DNA of 64,000 nt from Alloascoidea hylecoeti (taxonomy: Eukaryota), in the NCBI GenBank assembly GCA_001600815.1, contig BCKZ01000001.1, positions 1,459,389-1,523,388 on the forward strand, read 5' to 3'. Of the stretch, positions 47,725 to 61,497 are shown one piece after another. The position numbers were made by a program, and so were the translations under genes. The notes under the pieces are model-generated. The model ran no database searches. It saw nothing but the letters and a program-made list of their open reading frames with translations, and had not been told where the DNA came from. The stretch's first letter is position 1; each line of letters begins with the position of its first letter.

Positions 47725-49281
47725 AATAACCAAAACAAAAATCTTAAAGAAATATGAAAATAAGTTTTTGTTTTTTGAATTATCTCATAATCATGAATAA
47801 CAAAAATATACATTGAATGAATTAAAAACAAAAAAACAAAAACAATTATATAACATTTATATAATCAACTTGATTAATACTCATAATATTTAAACACAAT
47901 ATGCAAAGATGTTATTCTTCACAATGTCTTGGTTTTTATATTAAAGATTAAAACTAATTGAGTTGTTTATTATATTTTAAAATTATAACATTCAAACAAA
48001 TAAGTTTATTACCATTATAATTTTACATAATTGCATATATATCATTATTAAAAACAATGAAATGAAATTTTATCTATTATATTTAGATTTAGACATTAAA
48101 ATTTATATATATATTCGCGCGAATTCATTTTATAAAACTTGTATTAATGTTGGCCACGTGTGATCATGTGACTGTTGTAAATGATATGCTATCAATCTTT
48201 TAATGAGAATATAAATACAATCGAAACATGTTTATAAATATTAACTCTCTGAGTAGAAATAGATTTAAAAATATTTATAACCTGCTAGCAACATTATAAG
48301 TCCAGAGGTTACAATTCGCCATTTATAACTTATAGCCCTATACCGGTATATCTTTAGTTTATGTCACGTATTTATTATATCCGGGTAATCTTACTGCCTA
48401 TTTAAGCCAAAAAAGTTTTTCACTTTGTTTCTTTTCCCCAATAACGAAAAATATACCTTCTATTCACTTTGTCATTTGTGTAAGAGATGGATGAACGAAG
48501 GGGAAAAGAAGTTTAGAGTAATAATCATTCTTTATTTATAGGGATTGATGGCATGGACTATCTCATACTGAATACAGATAGAATTTAATTCTGTTTTTGG
48601 TAACTAGGTCACTGCTACATTTTATTTGTGGTACATGTATTATTGTTTTAGTTGATAGTTTGATTGATTATTTAAGCTGTGTAAGCCGTGTAGAAAATTT
48701 TATAACTCTTTCTTCTAGAAATTTGCTTCTATGAGGAAAACGGTTAACGATGCATTATTTTGTAGGGCAACGATTAATCTTATTTAAAGTATCAATGTTA
48801 ATTAATTTTAATATATATGAGATAGGAAATTGTAAAGGTTGATGTTAATTTAGCTGCTCATTTGTGAGTCAAACAAAAATCATAAATTAAGTTTAATGAT
48901 TTGAATTCATAGGTTTATCTTGAATTGGATTCATCACCTCATCTTCTAATTTCTCGCTCATTCTATCAGAGAGGTTCTCCATACGGTTAGTGACGGTCAT
49001 CAACCTCCTCTCTCTAGCCACCGATTAGAAGATTATTCCTCTATCTCACACTTAGTTATGGGAAAATACCACAGAGTCAAATATCTTCAACTGTTTGGGA
49101 TAATGTTATTAAAATAAATTATTGTGGCTTTCCCAATAGATCAATTGATATGGTATTTGATGCCGTTTATTGGCATCGATAGGACAAAAAGATCGTTTTC
49201 TTGCAACGGGATTTAATAAGATTAATTGATAAGGTATAAGGTATCTTTCGTGAAATGCATATATGGTAAGTAGCGTACCAA

Positions 49282-50125
49282 ACGGTGGTCCAGAAAGTCA
49301 TCTCACCCCGTAAAACTTAATTTTTTAAAATACCCAACCCCATACCAAAATGGCATATAGCAAAACCAAAAAAGAAAATTGCCCAGAAACTGAGAAGGCT
49401 CAAATTTTAGAAGACACTACACTACATGGCTATTTCATCTAATGCAAGTTATGGTGATACCTTTTGCAACTGTAGTTGGATTAAAAGTATATGTATGAAG
49501 AACGTAGAAACTTGAAGGCTGTTTTCAAAAAGTATGATTTTACGCCGGCCTACCAGGTCAGGAATTCCGTGCCAAGAAAGCTGACTTTTCAGAAGTATAT
49601 GTTAAGTATTTAAAACCAGCTGTGGGCATTATAATTAACCTTCAAAGACATACTTTAATTTCTGGTTTTTTGAAACCAGATATCACCACTCAATCCAGAA
49701 GAAGTCTTGACCATATGAAGAAGTACAGTGATGGAAAAACACAACTAAGCCAAAGAGAATATATCTATTCGATTAGAAGGAGTAACTAAAGATGCGGATA
49801 AACAAAATACGAACTTGTTGAGTGATTTTGTAGAAGAACATTCGATTAATATTAATATTTTGAATAAAAGATAGTTCATCTAGCGCATATGCTTTGAGTT
49901 CATCGGCGCTACCTCCTACAGTAGATGTGCCAAAACACCGAAAGCACTCTATCCAATGGAAACCCTGAGAGTTCCATCTTCTAGAGTCAACGCAGGTGTG
50001 AGATGGCATTCCAAGGTTCCACCCATTCTTAACGTTGATAATATCGCATAAATGGTGATTGATGCGGAGAATGCCTTCACGACGTATTGCACCTGCTGAA
50101 CGACGCCACATCTTTGTACAATAAA
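49282..50125 (+). mobile_element. Highly degraded Tc1-like transposon relic
   Basis: TIR-like acggtggtccagaaagtcatctcacccc (49282), MAYSKTKKENCPETEKAQIL and IPFATV HTH-like fragments, MPSRRIA C-terminal-like fragment (~50070); many stops. Confidence 0.35.
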
Positions 50126-50753
50126 TACCATGGTACATTTAAACAGAAACCACCAGATTCTCGTGTGTCCCACCTAAGATACACACATTAGATATAGACA
50201 ATATATAAAATTGTTAAGTTTTAAAAGATGTTTTAGTTTTTGAGTTTCTTATGGCTTATTAATTTATTCTTTTACATACATATACGATGAGTTGATGCAG
50301 GCATATTTCAAGACAACATTTTTAAATCCCACTTCAAAACTCTTGGCATGGAAAAAATATCTTTAAAAATTTATCAATTGCCGAATATTCACAGCCAACG
50401 AATGTTCGTTGATCCTAATTTCGGGTAACAAGCCCTATATCATGTTTGTTAAAGGGGGACATTAATATTTATACTATTATTATATTTGTTATCCAAATAT
50501 TAAGTGCAACAAACTAACTGTTTTTTTTGCCATTTAGCTAAGAATGATCTACCTAACTTTAACTGAATTAGATATTTAAAGGACAGGAGCACTAACTGGT
50601 TTTTTAAACTATGTAAAATTAATAAGCATTATTAAGCGTCATTCAGGAAAATAAATAAATGCCTAAAATTAACTAAATGTCAGTCACTGTAAATATGTAA
50701 TAAAATCATAATTAATTATATAGTAAAATATGATCAAATAGATTATAATATGA

Positions 50754-50762
50754 TTATCAGAT
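50754..50762 (-). promoter_or_regulatory. ATCTGATAA iron-responsive GATA-factor element upstream of siderophore transporter
   Basis: ttatcagat on + = ATCTGATAA, matching the ATCWGATAA SreA/Fep1-type consensus, 180 bp before ATG. Confidence 0.55.
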
Positions 50763-50941
50763 TCATCACACATACTTTATGCTAGGTTATGTGTAATAAT
50801 CAATTAGAGTTTCCGGATTTCACCAAAAAATATAAATGGGTATTTAAATTCTTTTGCATGTAGAAAAAAAGTATAAATAAAGACACAAATATATAAATTT
50901 TCATTTTAAATTTTGAAGCATTGAGATTTCGAGAAGAAAAA

Positions 50942-52699
50942 ATGTCAGATCTTGAGAAGACCCAACCACCACCATACCCACCCTTAGAATCCAAAGATGG
51001 GGTAAAAGTTGACCATGACGACGATGATCCTTCACATCAATCAAATCCAAGTGAAAAAATCGATCCTGCAGAGACTTCAATTGCGGTTCAAAAAATTGAA
51101 ATCATGGCAAATCAATATCAACTCGTTGGAAAAATTGTTTTATTTTTCTTTATTTTTTTAGTTTCATATTCCTATGGTCTTGATAATCAAATTAGATATG
51201 TTTATCAAGCAAATGCAACAAATTCTTATAGTCAACATTCACTTTTGGCAACAATTAATGTGGTCAATGCTGTTATTGCTGCTGCTGCTCAACCAACAAT
51301 GGCGAGATTATCTGATGTTTTTGGTAGAGTTGAAATATTAATATTATCAGTAGTTTTCTATTGTGTTGGTACAATAATTGAATCACAAGCAACTTCTGTT
51401 CAAAAATATGCCGGTGCAGCTGTTATTTATCAAATTGGTTATACTGGATTAATGTTAACTTTACAATTATTAATTGCTGATTTTTCCTTTTTAAATTGGA
51501 GATTGTTTTGTTCTTTTGTTCCTGCTTTACCATTTATTATAAATACTTGGATTTCAGGTGATGTTTCTTCAAGAGTTGGTCCTGTTAAAAATTGGTCTTG
51601 GGGTATTGCAATGTGGGCAATAATCGTTCCAATTGTTTCAATCCCATTAATTATCACTTTACTGCATATTAGATATAGAGCTAAGCAAACAGATGAATGG
51701 AAACAATTAAAAGATGAAAAGACAGAATTCCAAAGATTGGGCTTTTGGAAATTTCTAGTCCATTTATTTTGGATCCTTGATGTAATTGGTATTATTTTAA
51801 TCATTGCAGTTTTAGCTCTTATTTTGGTCCCATTTACTTTAGCTGGTGGGTTATCTAAAAAATGGAAGCAAGCTCATATAATTGCCCCATTGGTTATCGG
51901 AATTCTTTGTATCCCTGCTTTTGCTGCTTGGGAAAAACTTGGTGCAAGGCATCCAATTGTACCAGAACATTTATTAAAAGATAGAGGTATTTGGAGTGCA
52001 TTGATAATTGGTATTTTTATTAATTTTATTTGGTATATGCAAGGTGATTATATGTATACAATTTTAATTGTTTCTGTTAATGAATCAGTTAAATCTGCAA
52101 CACGAATAACATCTTTATATTCATTTGTGTCTGTTATAACAGGTACTATTTTAGGTTTATTTATAACAAGAATTCGTTATGTTAAACCTTTCATTGTATT
52201 TGGTACAGTTTGCTGGATCGTTGCAATGGGGCTTTTGGTTCATTTCAGAGGAAGTGATAATTCTCATTCGGGTATTATTGGATCTCTATGCTTTCTTGGG
52301 TTTGGTGCCGGTTTTTTCACCTATCCAACACAAGCTTCGATACAATCATGCACGAGACATGAACATATGGCTGTGGTGACTGCATTGTATTTGGCAAGTT
52401 ATAATATCGGTTCTGCAATTGGAGGTGCTATATCTGGTGCTATTTGGTCACAAAAATTACCACATGAAATTGCAAAAAGACTACCTGCTGATTTGGTCGC
52501 AACAGCTTATTCCTCACCTTTTACATTCATCATTGAATATCCTTGGGATACCACAGAAAGACAATTATTGGTTGAAGCATATAGACAAGTTCAAAGGATT
52601 CTTTGTTCGGTTGGTACTGCAATGTGTGTACCGCTCATTGTTTGTGCCTTGTTATTGAGAAATCATAAGCTAAATAGTGTTCAATCATTAAATCCATAA
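50942..52699 (+). CDS. Siderophore-iron MFS transporter (ARN/SIT family)
   Basis: ATNSYSQHSLLATINV, ARLSDVFGR, YQIGYTG, PALPFIINTWISG, YMQGDYMYT, AYSSPFTFI..YPWDT.ER; multi-TM MFS pattern; ATG at 50942. Confidence 0.9.
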   Translation: MSDLEKTQPPPYPPLESKDGVKVDHDDDDPSHQSNPSEKIDPAETSIAVQKIEIMANQYQLVGKIVLFFFIFLVSYSYGLDNQIRYVYQANATNSYSQHSLLATINVVNAVIAAAAQPTMARLSDVFGRVEILILSVVFYCVGTIIESQATSVQKYAGAAVIYQIGYTGLMLTLQLLIADFSFLNWRLFCSFVPALPFIINTWISGDVSSRVGPVKNWSWGIAMWAIIVPIVSIPLIITLLHIRYRAKQTDEWKQLKDEKTEFQRLGFWKFLVHLFWILDVIGIILIIAVLALILVPFTLAGGLSKKWKQAHIIAPLVIGILCIPAFAAWEKLGARHPIVPEHLLKDRGIWSALIIGIFINFIWYMQGDYMYTILIVSVNESVKSATRITSLYSFVSVITGTILGLFITRIRYVKPFIVFGTVCWIVAMGLLVHFRGSDNSHSGIIGSLCFLGFGAGFFTYPTQASIQSCTRHEHMAVVTALYLASYNIGSAIGGAISGAIWSQKLPHEIAKRLPADLVATAYSSPFTFIIEYPWDTTERQLLVEAYRQVQRILCSVGTAMCVPLIVCALLLRNHKLNSVQSLNP

Positions 52700-54299
52700 A
52701 AGGAAAGTTGAATATCTATGAATTGCAATTATAAATACATCTTATGAATATCTGTTATATATTGCAACTGTTTTATTTTTTTTCTTTTGTTGGTGCTAAT
52801 TACCTATATACCATCGTTGTTATTGTTATTGTTATTGTTATTGTTATTGCTGTTGCAATATATATATATAGATCTATATTAATGCTAATATAATGACTAG
52901 TGATTTTTATTCCTAGTCATAGAAACAATGTTCCTATAGTTGATAATTTAATTTTTAAGCTTAATTATGATTAATTAATTTTAAATTGATGATGTACCAT
53001 AGTTATAAGATATCGTTATAATTATGATAATTTAAACATTGCAAGTACGAAGTATTGGTACGAAAGCTATAGGCATATGCATATCCCAGTGAATATTAAT
53101 CGCCATTGTTTAAGTAATTAATTAGTGTTATATGGTAGTAGAGAGTGATAATTATTTGGTGGTTTATAAGCCTTTATGCGATTTGATTGGATATTAAATA
53201 ACGAAGGCACCTGAAAATAATCAGTGAAAAATTATAGAACTATCTTGCGAACAGATATAATTTAGTGATTTCTTAGAATATTCCTTGGAAAACTCTCAGA
53301 ACAATAATAATAATAAGCGATTCATCTAAAAATTATTTAAACGACCTTCAAATTTGTAAGAGTTCGTTGATGCCTTAGGTTTATTAAAGATATTGATTGT
53401 TTTAGAAATTTATCATGTGCACAGCTATTTTTCGGGATATTATTTATTCAATTTCATATATGCATTCTTCGTAATTATGCAATCATTACCAAATGTCCTA
53501 ATACATACAGCATGCATGTTATGGTTGAGTCCAATTGGAAAAGCTCTTGTTAAACGGTAGGCGCTTGAAATGATGAAAAAGTTGATAAACAGGTTTACAG
53601 CCGCAGATATCTAAATTATAGTATTATAAGAATGTCTGTGAATCTCTTTTTTCTAGAAGTGTGTGCCACTGTGTGGGTATTATAGTGTGATACATAAACG
53701 TCGAATATCATTTTATAATTAATATTCAATGCACACCAAAATTTTGGCCAAAATTTCCCATAGATGTCGCTCTCAATGGGAGAAAAAAGTGTAGCTATCA
53801 ATAATTTATATGACATATTTACCAGAGTCAAGTTTGAACTTACACTTTTCTTAAGGTACCACTTTAAATACACCAGAAAATTTCTACAATTATATCCGTT
53901 TTATTTTATTATTCTATTGTGAATTCTATTCATTAATACATCAAGTTTTGATCAAAGTCTGTTGAAAGTATTAAGTGTTCTGTTCACAAAAAAGGTAATT
54001 ATAAATTAAATTTATTTAAAAAGTTTAGTTGAATTAGTTCCTAACAAATAATAGAAAATTGCAAATTCTTTGTTGATCATAGAAGATAGAGATCTATCCG
54101 AGTTATCGATAACCTAGCCTCCATCAATCATTTTGTTTAACACCACCATAGAATACTGTTGAGCGAGATGTCTGGTGATTTAAGTCCTAAAAACGAATTG
54201 CAACCAGTTAGGTAGATTAAAATATGTAATTTGAGTAAACATAGCTTTTCACCTTTCATAGGCAAAAGACTTAATACTAACCCTTCAACTGTGCAGTTC

Positions 54300-54830
54300 G
54301 TAGTACAGAAATATGCCAATTTTTCTGCTGTAAAACGTCCTCGAAAGAAAAAGGCATACAAAGCTTTTTGAAAGGGGAGTAAGTCAAAGCCCGAGTGTTG
54401 TAAAACCTTCCCCCTCCTGAAGTTTAAAGAGCTGACTATGGCTTCAAAGTTCATCATTAGAATATCAAAGACCACCTAAGAAACCTTTTGAAAAACATGG
54501 ACATGGATGGAGCATTCGTGGAGTGTAAAAAGTCTTTTCTGAATTAAAGGAACAAAAGGAACAGAAATATATGATCTAAAGATATACACCCGATTGATCT
54601 AAGGATATTTGGGATGATGTTGTATTCAGTGACGAATGTTCAGGCGCCACAAGATCCGGATCTAGAAAAGTATATGCTCCACTTAAGTCAGTCCAGTCCT
54701 TTGATTCTCAAACCACTTATAATACAAGTAAGTTTGTGTCTGCCAGTTTTATGATATAAGATGGAATTTGGAATGGGAGTCGTAGTTCAGTGAATAGAGC
54801 GGATGGTGATCCTAATATTCCATACTTCGT
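54300..54830 (+). mobile_element. Tc1/mariner transposase relic
   Basis: WDDVVFSDECS at 54610-54642 (first catalytic Asp motif W..V.FSDE), upstream LRKPFEKHG and KKSFL fragments; multiple stops. Confidence 0.6.
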
Positions 54831-56244
54831 TTATGGTATTAAGGACGCTAATACTAAATATTCAAGTTAACATGTCAGTTAATATAGACTAATGGAATCT
54901 AGAGAATTTGTGGAACATTGTGAACTATTTTAAGAACAGTTTAAGGCTTTGTAGAGTACTCAACTAGTTATAAGGTTGTAAATATAAGCTCTTTCCAAAC
55001 TATAATAACTAACTTTAAGTTATAGTCTATATTAAAACACATATATAAATATATCCTCCATATTTCAAATAAAAGTTTTCAGTGAATGTTCCCAATATCA
55101 ATCGGTTGGGATTCGATTAACCTTCAGCTCATAGATGTAACATTTCCGCTTTAAACTCGATTGTAAAAGATGAAATCTAATTGTAAAATAATTCGCAATA
55201 TTGATATTTAATGTATTCAAATTCGAAATTATATTAATTAAGATGTTAAGCTATACCGGAACTCTATCAATATTATGATGATTATTATTCATATCGTCTA
55301 GATCTAGAACTACTTATATAGTTAATTGCAATTATCTACTCCCCAGCGGTCTCTGTCACCAAATAATATTGCATATGTTATCATAGCTATGGTCACAATT
55401 GAATCTATATGAATAGCTGCTCTGGTTTGAGTTAGAGACTCATTACATTGATATCTACTTGCCAATCAGGATTATATACGATGTTAGCAGCCAATTGACA
55501 TATCAACAAAAGAAGAATTTTGATTGTCCATATATTCTAGCCTATATTGCGTGCTTTGAAGGGTAATTTTGTAAGTTTCAAACTGAATGATTGGGTGTAT
55601 CATGTTTTATAGGTTTTATATGAGTTTTCTATTGTTTTTATTAAATTGTGGATTAAAAATTGTTAGTAACAGATTGATTTAATTGGACAGCGGTAGGAGA
55701 AGAAAACCGAAGCCGAAAAGTTACTAAGGGCTAACAAATCACGAACTAAACAAATTCGTCATTTTGAGTGGCCATCGCGTCATCCCAACACGCGTAATTC
55801 AGCGTTCCTCATACCAACCAGTTCCCATTTTAGATTATATTTCTACCCTCAAAACCACGGATTACTGCACATATTTTATATAAGAGCAGTCAGAATCACT
55901 ATAGCCAAATTATAATACTAGCCACAGAACGGATAAAATTATTTCAAGTATGCTCGTCTCACGTTTTATATCGTTACTTTGATCTTTTAGTTAGTTATTT
56001 AATTTTATTTTATATACTTGCTCATCAATACATATACTCATTTATGTATATATTCTTCTTCATTTCCGGTTTCATTCGCAATCAATCGTTGGTTTCCTTC
56101 TTCCCTCCATTCTGCCCTTAAACAAACCAATTAGTATATATCATACTGTTCCAAACTTTAGGACTATTTATACTTATACTACACCAACTATCAAATCAGC
56201 CTGAAACGAAAAGTGACTGTAGTTAACCCGTGTGCACAAATAGC

Positions 56245-56994
56245 ATGGACAATCGTGGTAGGCCCATATCTAATCAAAACGACGCTAACCAAATGTATCA
56301 GGGATTCGAACAAGATCTTAGTCGGGGGCATCGAATAAATCAACTCCCCCAACAGCAATTACAATCACAACCAGAAAGAGGTAGACATCGCCATACTTTC
56401 CATGAGCACTCTCAACACCCTTCGATTTCTGGATCAGATCAAACTATTAGTGATTTATTTAATGATTATGATAACAGGCATAATTCACTAGCTTCTACGC
56501 AATCCCTTCAAAATATTAATGACAATGATTTTCAGCTGGCTTCAATGCTTAAACTCGAAGATAATGCAAGATTCGATCCAAACTACAAATCTTACGATCA
56601 AGTTTCAGCAAATAATTCCCCAAATAGTTCTTATAATACATCTAGGCATGGATCGCCATCTACTTCCAGTGTATCATCGCGTGTACATAATCCAAATGCC
56701 AGTACATCTCCCGGTAGTTTACCTGATGAAGAAAAACGAAGAAGAAATACAGAAGCATCTGCCAGGTTTAGAATAAAGAAAAAATTAAGAGAACAAGAAA
56801 TGGAAAACACAATTAATGAATTAACAGAGCAATCAAAGAATTATGAAGGCCGATTAAAAGAATTAAAAATGGAAAATAATCTACTGAAGAGTTTAATAGT
56901 AGAGAAGAATAAATTAAGAGATTTAGATACGGTAAAAAATTTAAAAGATCGGGTGAGAGATGAGGATCGGCCTAAATATAGTTCAAGGAGATGA
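56245..56994 (+). CDS. bZIP transcription factor of the sulfur-regulator group (Met28/Cys-3/MetR-like)
   Basis: DEEKRRRNTEASARFRIKKKLREQEME basic region plus leucine zipper; ATG at 56245. Confidence 0.75.
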   Translation: MDNRGRPISNQNDANQMYQGFEQDLSRGHRINQLPQQQLQSQPERGRHRHTFHEHSQHPSISGSDQTISDLFNDYDNRHNSLASTQSLQNINDNDFQLASMLKLEDNARFDPNYKSYDQVSANNSPNSSYNTSRHGSPSTSSVSSRVHNPNASTSPGSLPDEEKRRRNTEASARFRIKKKLREQEMENTINELTEQSKNYEGRLKELKMENNLLKSLIVEKNKLRDLDTVKNLKDRVRDEDRPKYSSRR

Positions 56995-57934
56995 TATTAT
57001 TAGATATTCATATTATAAGATCATATCATATTTTATTTTGCTTATTTCTTTCGGTATTTTGCCTTATTTGAATGTTCAGATTTGATATTACTTCTCTTTT
57101 CTGTCATGTAGGGTATGGGAGTATAAACAAATTTAAAAGTATCTTAAATATTAAGGATATAAACTATTGAAATTGAGTTCTTAAATGCAATTAAGAACGT
57201 GAGAGTGCTTTTATATTTAACTTAATTTAGCAAGAATTAGAGGAATTAGTTTCAGATCTACATTATTTTTGATTGGGAGATACAGCTATTGATCATTTGT
57301 TTCTGTTATTCATTTCATTGTTGCAATTGTTTCCTACAATTGTACAATAAAGTAAAACAAGTATAGCTAATACTATAAGCTATAAAACAAATTCTTAACG
57401 ATGACAAAGGAGAAATTCATTTTACTGATTTTCAGCAGAATTAAATTGTTGTGTGAGATCAGTTATGAACTCTCACCTACTTATTGCAAAAAAAAAGTAA
57501 CTGCAAACATTACCAGTGTAGTTTTAATGTGTGTGAAGACTTTGAAGGTGTAACTACTCTGCAAATTAGTATCGCGTAATTGAAGCGGATTAAAGAGCGA
57601 ATAATATTGTACAGAGTACGAAATTTTATTAGTCGGAAGTCACGATTGTATTTTAAATGAGTTGTGCCTTACTTTATAGCATTACGTGTAAATATTATTG
57701 ATTTTTAGATTAAAACAAGCGCCTTTTATCTTTTACTTGGTTAATTATATTCAATTTTTTTTTTATTATGTTAAATTCAATTCATACATTTAAAATCGTT
57801 CGCTTTTATCAGCTTTTGGTGGTTAAGGTTAGAATCTTATTCAATTTTCTTAACAATGAATGAACAAACAAAGTCTTTGTCACTTTGCTGGCTCAGAGTA
57901 ACACAATGTAGTAGGAACATTAAATACTCATGGC

Positions 57935-58461
57935 TATATTCGTTTTGCAGGCGATTGGGGTGTTTGAAGTGTTTGGGGAGAGTTTTTGAATATTTCAAAA
58001 AGGCGAAAACTACTCCTTCTTGTCCATAATGGTCGGATATATTGCTTATCTAAAGAATTCAGTTCTGACGTTTTTTATAGTCGATAATGATACGGCTGCA
58101 TTTAATTTTGAGGGTGAAAAGAACCAATTTTATATTCAATTGGGTGTGAATTCGAAATGTGGGGATCTAGAGGAAGTTGTAAATCTTCTTCTGTTAACTT
58201 ACAACTAAATTATTTTGATGGTATTATGATACAAGAGGCTTAGATAGTGAGCATGTTGTTTATCGGATGAAAAATAAATGATCTCTCTGAATGTTTTAAA
58301 GAATTGAAATCAAAATCTATTTCTCGTTCATTTTTGCTTCTCCTCTTTCCTCTCATTGGAATGATTGGCGTCTTTTGGTCTTCAATAGAAGTTAGATATG
58401 TAAAATCAGCTGTAATAAATGCGTATTTAGGGTAATTAATGGAATCAATTACTACGGCCAT
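57935..58461 (-). pseudogene. Decayed reading frame of unknown family
   Basis: ATG 58461 frame continues ~175 codons with four internal stops and protein-like composition (MAVVIDSINYPK...YIRPLWTRRSSFRLFEIF). Confidence 0.3.
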
Positions 58462-59790
58462 AAATTTCTCTGTTTTACAAACACTTCAAACAAAGCTATA
58501 AGCTTATAGGAAATGAAATAAAAGTGTTGTCATTAAAATTAAAAATTGTGCGTTTCTGTGCATATACGTGATTGAATTAAGGTATAAACCGTATAATGGA
58601 TACAATAACGTTAATTACAATATCAATATGATAGATTTAATTCCAGCCATGGAGAATATAAAATATAGCACTTTTTCTCCAACTATGATACACCACAAAA
58701 TTGTACAGCTCTTAAAATCTCCAGAAAGTTAAAAAGTTATGATTGCTGAATTGTTTTAATTAAAGCGCGTATCTCATTACAATATTTTAAATTTACGAGG
58801 TATTCTTTTTAATAATCTTAATAATACATGTATTCTATACCTTCAGGTTAGTTGAATATAGTGCAGCATAGCATAAACTTTACTCTTTGGTTATAAATTT
58901 AAATCTCTCTCTCTGTTGTACATTAATTAATTAGGTGTTAAATTGTACAATGAAATCACTAAATACATATATCAATACGTTTAAGCAATGTAACAGTTCT
59001 TATTTCCTATTTATAAATCTCTAAGTTCTTGTAGGGGTACTACGTACCTGACAGCTCCATATTAATTCTAATAATACACGTTTTGTTATTTACTAATAAG
59101 CGCAACCGTATGGCTAGTTGACTTTCAACGAATTAGTACTAGTGGGCCCGGGTAAATTGTAAATGTATGAAACTGTGAATTGTTTTAATTTCATTTTGTG
59201 TTGTCCCACCTAGTAATTATATTACTTCATTGTACGTGGGATATAAATAGTAGTACTTAATGTTAGATATTGGACTCTTGGCACAGTACCATACAACAAA
59301 ACATATGGAGCAAACTATTACGGTTCAAATAGCAAATATTTGTAGGATACGTCTTTATCTGATGATCCTTTTTTATATATTCTAAAGTAGTATACACTTA
59401 TAAGTGTTGGCAAGATCAGTTACTATAAGGTTATACGTGTGGCCACTATAACATTAATCACCGTCAATTGTTTATCCTAACAAAAAGCCAGCAGACAACA
59501 CAAAAACTCCAATTGCAAATATGTAATGCTTAAGCAGGTTGGAGAAAGAATACTGTTGCTGTCTTTTTTGTCGTAAATAAATAACGTTAACGCTCACTAC
59601 CCGAAAATGTAGAAGCACCGGGTTATTTATCATACAAAACTACTATGTGAAGTGCCCGTCCTCCGTTTCATCTCCGGTGCGCCACAAACCGATAACAACC
59701 GCAATAAAGTTTAAGTATCAAGGGCAGCTTTCTATTTTCTTTCTCGTTTTAATCCAAAAGTTCAACGTGTCCATTCAATATTAAAGTAAA

Positions 59791-60816
59791 ATGTCAAACA
59801 ATTCCGAAAAGAACAACATAAAGGATTTGGATGTGGAAACAGATCTCATCACATTAACTAGGTTTATTTTGCACGAACAATCACGAGCAGCTAAAGCCAC
59901 CGGAGAATTGACTATTTTGTTAAACTCGCTTCAATTCGCCTTTAAATTCATTGCTCATAACATTAGAAGATCAACATTGGTCAATTTAATTGGATTAGCT
60001 GGTGCTAAAAACTCAACCGGAGATGATCAAAAGAAATTGGATGTAATTGGCGATGAAATTTTCATAAATGCAATGAAGGCCTCTGGGCATGTGAAAATAC
60101 TTGTAAGTGAGGAGCAAGAAGATCTGATCGTATTTGAAGGAAACGGTAAGTATGCGGTTGTTTGTGATCCAATCGATGGCTCATCGAATCTTGATGCAGG
60201 TGTCTCTGTGGGTACAATCTTTGGTGTCTATAAGCTAGATGATTCATCTGCCGGAACAATCAGCGATGTCTTGAAGCCAGGAACTGAAATGGTCGCCGCG
60301 GGTTATACCATGTACGGTGCTTCCTCTAACTTGGTTCTTACCACCGGTAATGGGGTCAACGGTTTCACTTTGGATACAAACCTTGGTGAATTTATTTTGA
60401 CAAATCCAAAATTAAAGATACCAGAATACAAATCAATATACTCTGTCAACGAAGGAAACACTCAATACTGGTCCAAGTCCACACAGGATTTCATTAAGGG
60501 TTTGAAATTCCCTTCTGATCCTGAAGCAAAACCTTACTCAGCAAGGTACATTGGATCCATGGTTGCTGATATTCATCGAACATTGTTATATGGTGGTTTA
60601 TTTGCTTATCCTGCTGATGCCAAATCAAAGAAAGGAAAATTGAGAATCTTATATGAATGTTTTCCAATGGCTTTTTTAATGGAACAGGCAGGTGGAGGTG
60701 CTGTTGACGATGAAGGAAAGAGAATATTGGATCTCACACCAGAAGCTATCCATGATAGAAGTGGGATCTGGCTCGGTAGTAAAGGAGAGATCGATAATTT
60801 CTTAAAATCAATTTAA
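59791..60816 (+). CDS. FBP1: Fructose-1,6-bisphosphatase
   Basis: TDLITLTRF, NSTGDDQKKLDV, VSEEQE, DPIDGSSNLD, RYIGSMVADIHRTLLYGG, KLRILYECFPM. Confidence 0.96.
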   Translation: MSNNSEKNNIKDLDVETDLITLTRFILHEQSRAAKATGELTILLNSLQFAFKFIAHNIRRSTLVNLIGLAGAKNSTGDDQKKLDVIGDEIFINAMKASGHVKILVSEEQEDLIVFEGNGKYAVVCDPIDGSSNLDAGVSVGTIFGVYKLDDSSAGTISDVLKPGTEMVAAGYTMYGASSNLVLTTGNGVNGFTLDTNLGEFILTNPKLKIPEYKSIYSVNEGNTQYWSKSTQDFIKGLKFPSDPEAKPYSARYIGSMVADIHRTLLYGGLFAYPADAKSKKGKLRILYECFPMAFLMEQAGGGAVDDEGKRILDLTPEAIHDRSGIWLGSKGEIDNFLKSI

Positions 60817-61497
60817 ATTTGGATTCCATATACACTTTTAGTCTATCTATGATTAATTGCAATTGATATTTAACAAACTTATACATTGATGTTAGCGAAG
60901 GTTAGTTCAATTCGTTGATATTATTATAATATATCTACAATATAAGATTATATGTATTTAATTAGCCGTAGAGAGTAAACCAATTATGCAGCGAATTGTG
61001 TTTTACTAATGCCCGAATTCTTCTTGGTCTCACCTACAAGATGATCATTTTGTATTTTAAGGTTAATTGCAACTAGCTTCTTCGAATTCACTTTAAAAAC
61101 TACTATTATAATTAAAGATTACAGCTGTACTATTATCGAATGAGTAACATCTATTTATTATATTTTTATATATATTTTTATTTTATTTTTATAATTTTTT
61201 TAGTTTTTTAATATATTAAAATAATTATTAAGGTCTTGAATTGTAACAACACCTCACTAATTTAACAAAGTGACATTTAAAACAACAGCACTATTAAAAG
61301 TGAATAATTGATAGGGAAAAAGGGAAAAAATCTTCATATTGAAAACAAATATTGCAAGTAATTATATACATATACTAATAAGGATTAAATTGAACATGAT
61401 CATGATAATACAAAAGGCAACACAAAAGTTACAAGATCCAAAGATACCATGCTATATTTGAATAATATTAAACCCCTAAAGGTATCAAATATACTTT

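Noticed and set aside
12097..60816. Alternative CUG code (Ser or Ala)
   Set aside because: CTG falls at conserved Leu/hydrophobic positions (GVP36 EYLELE, FBP1 EDLIVF, GIM3 YKLGD)
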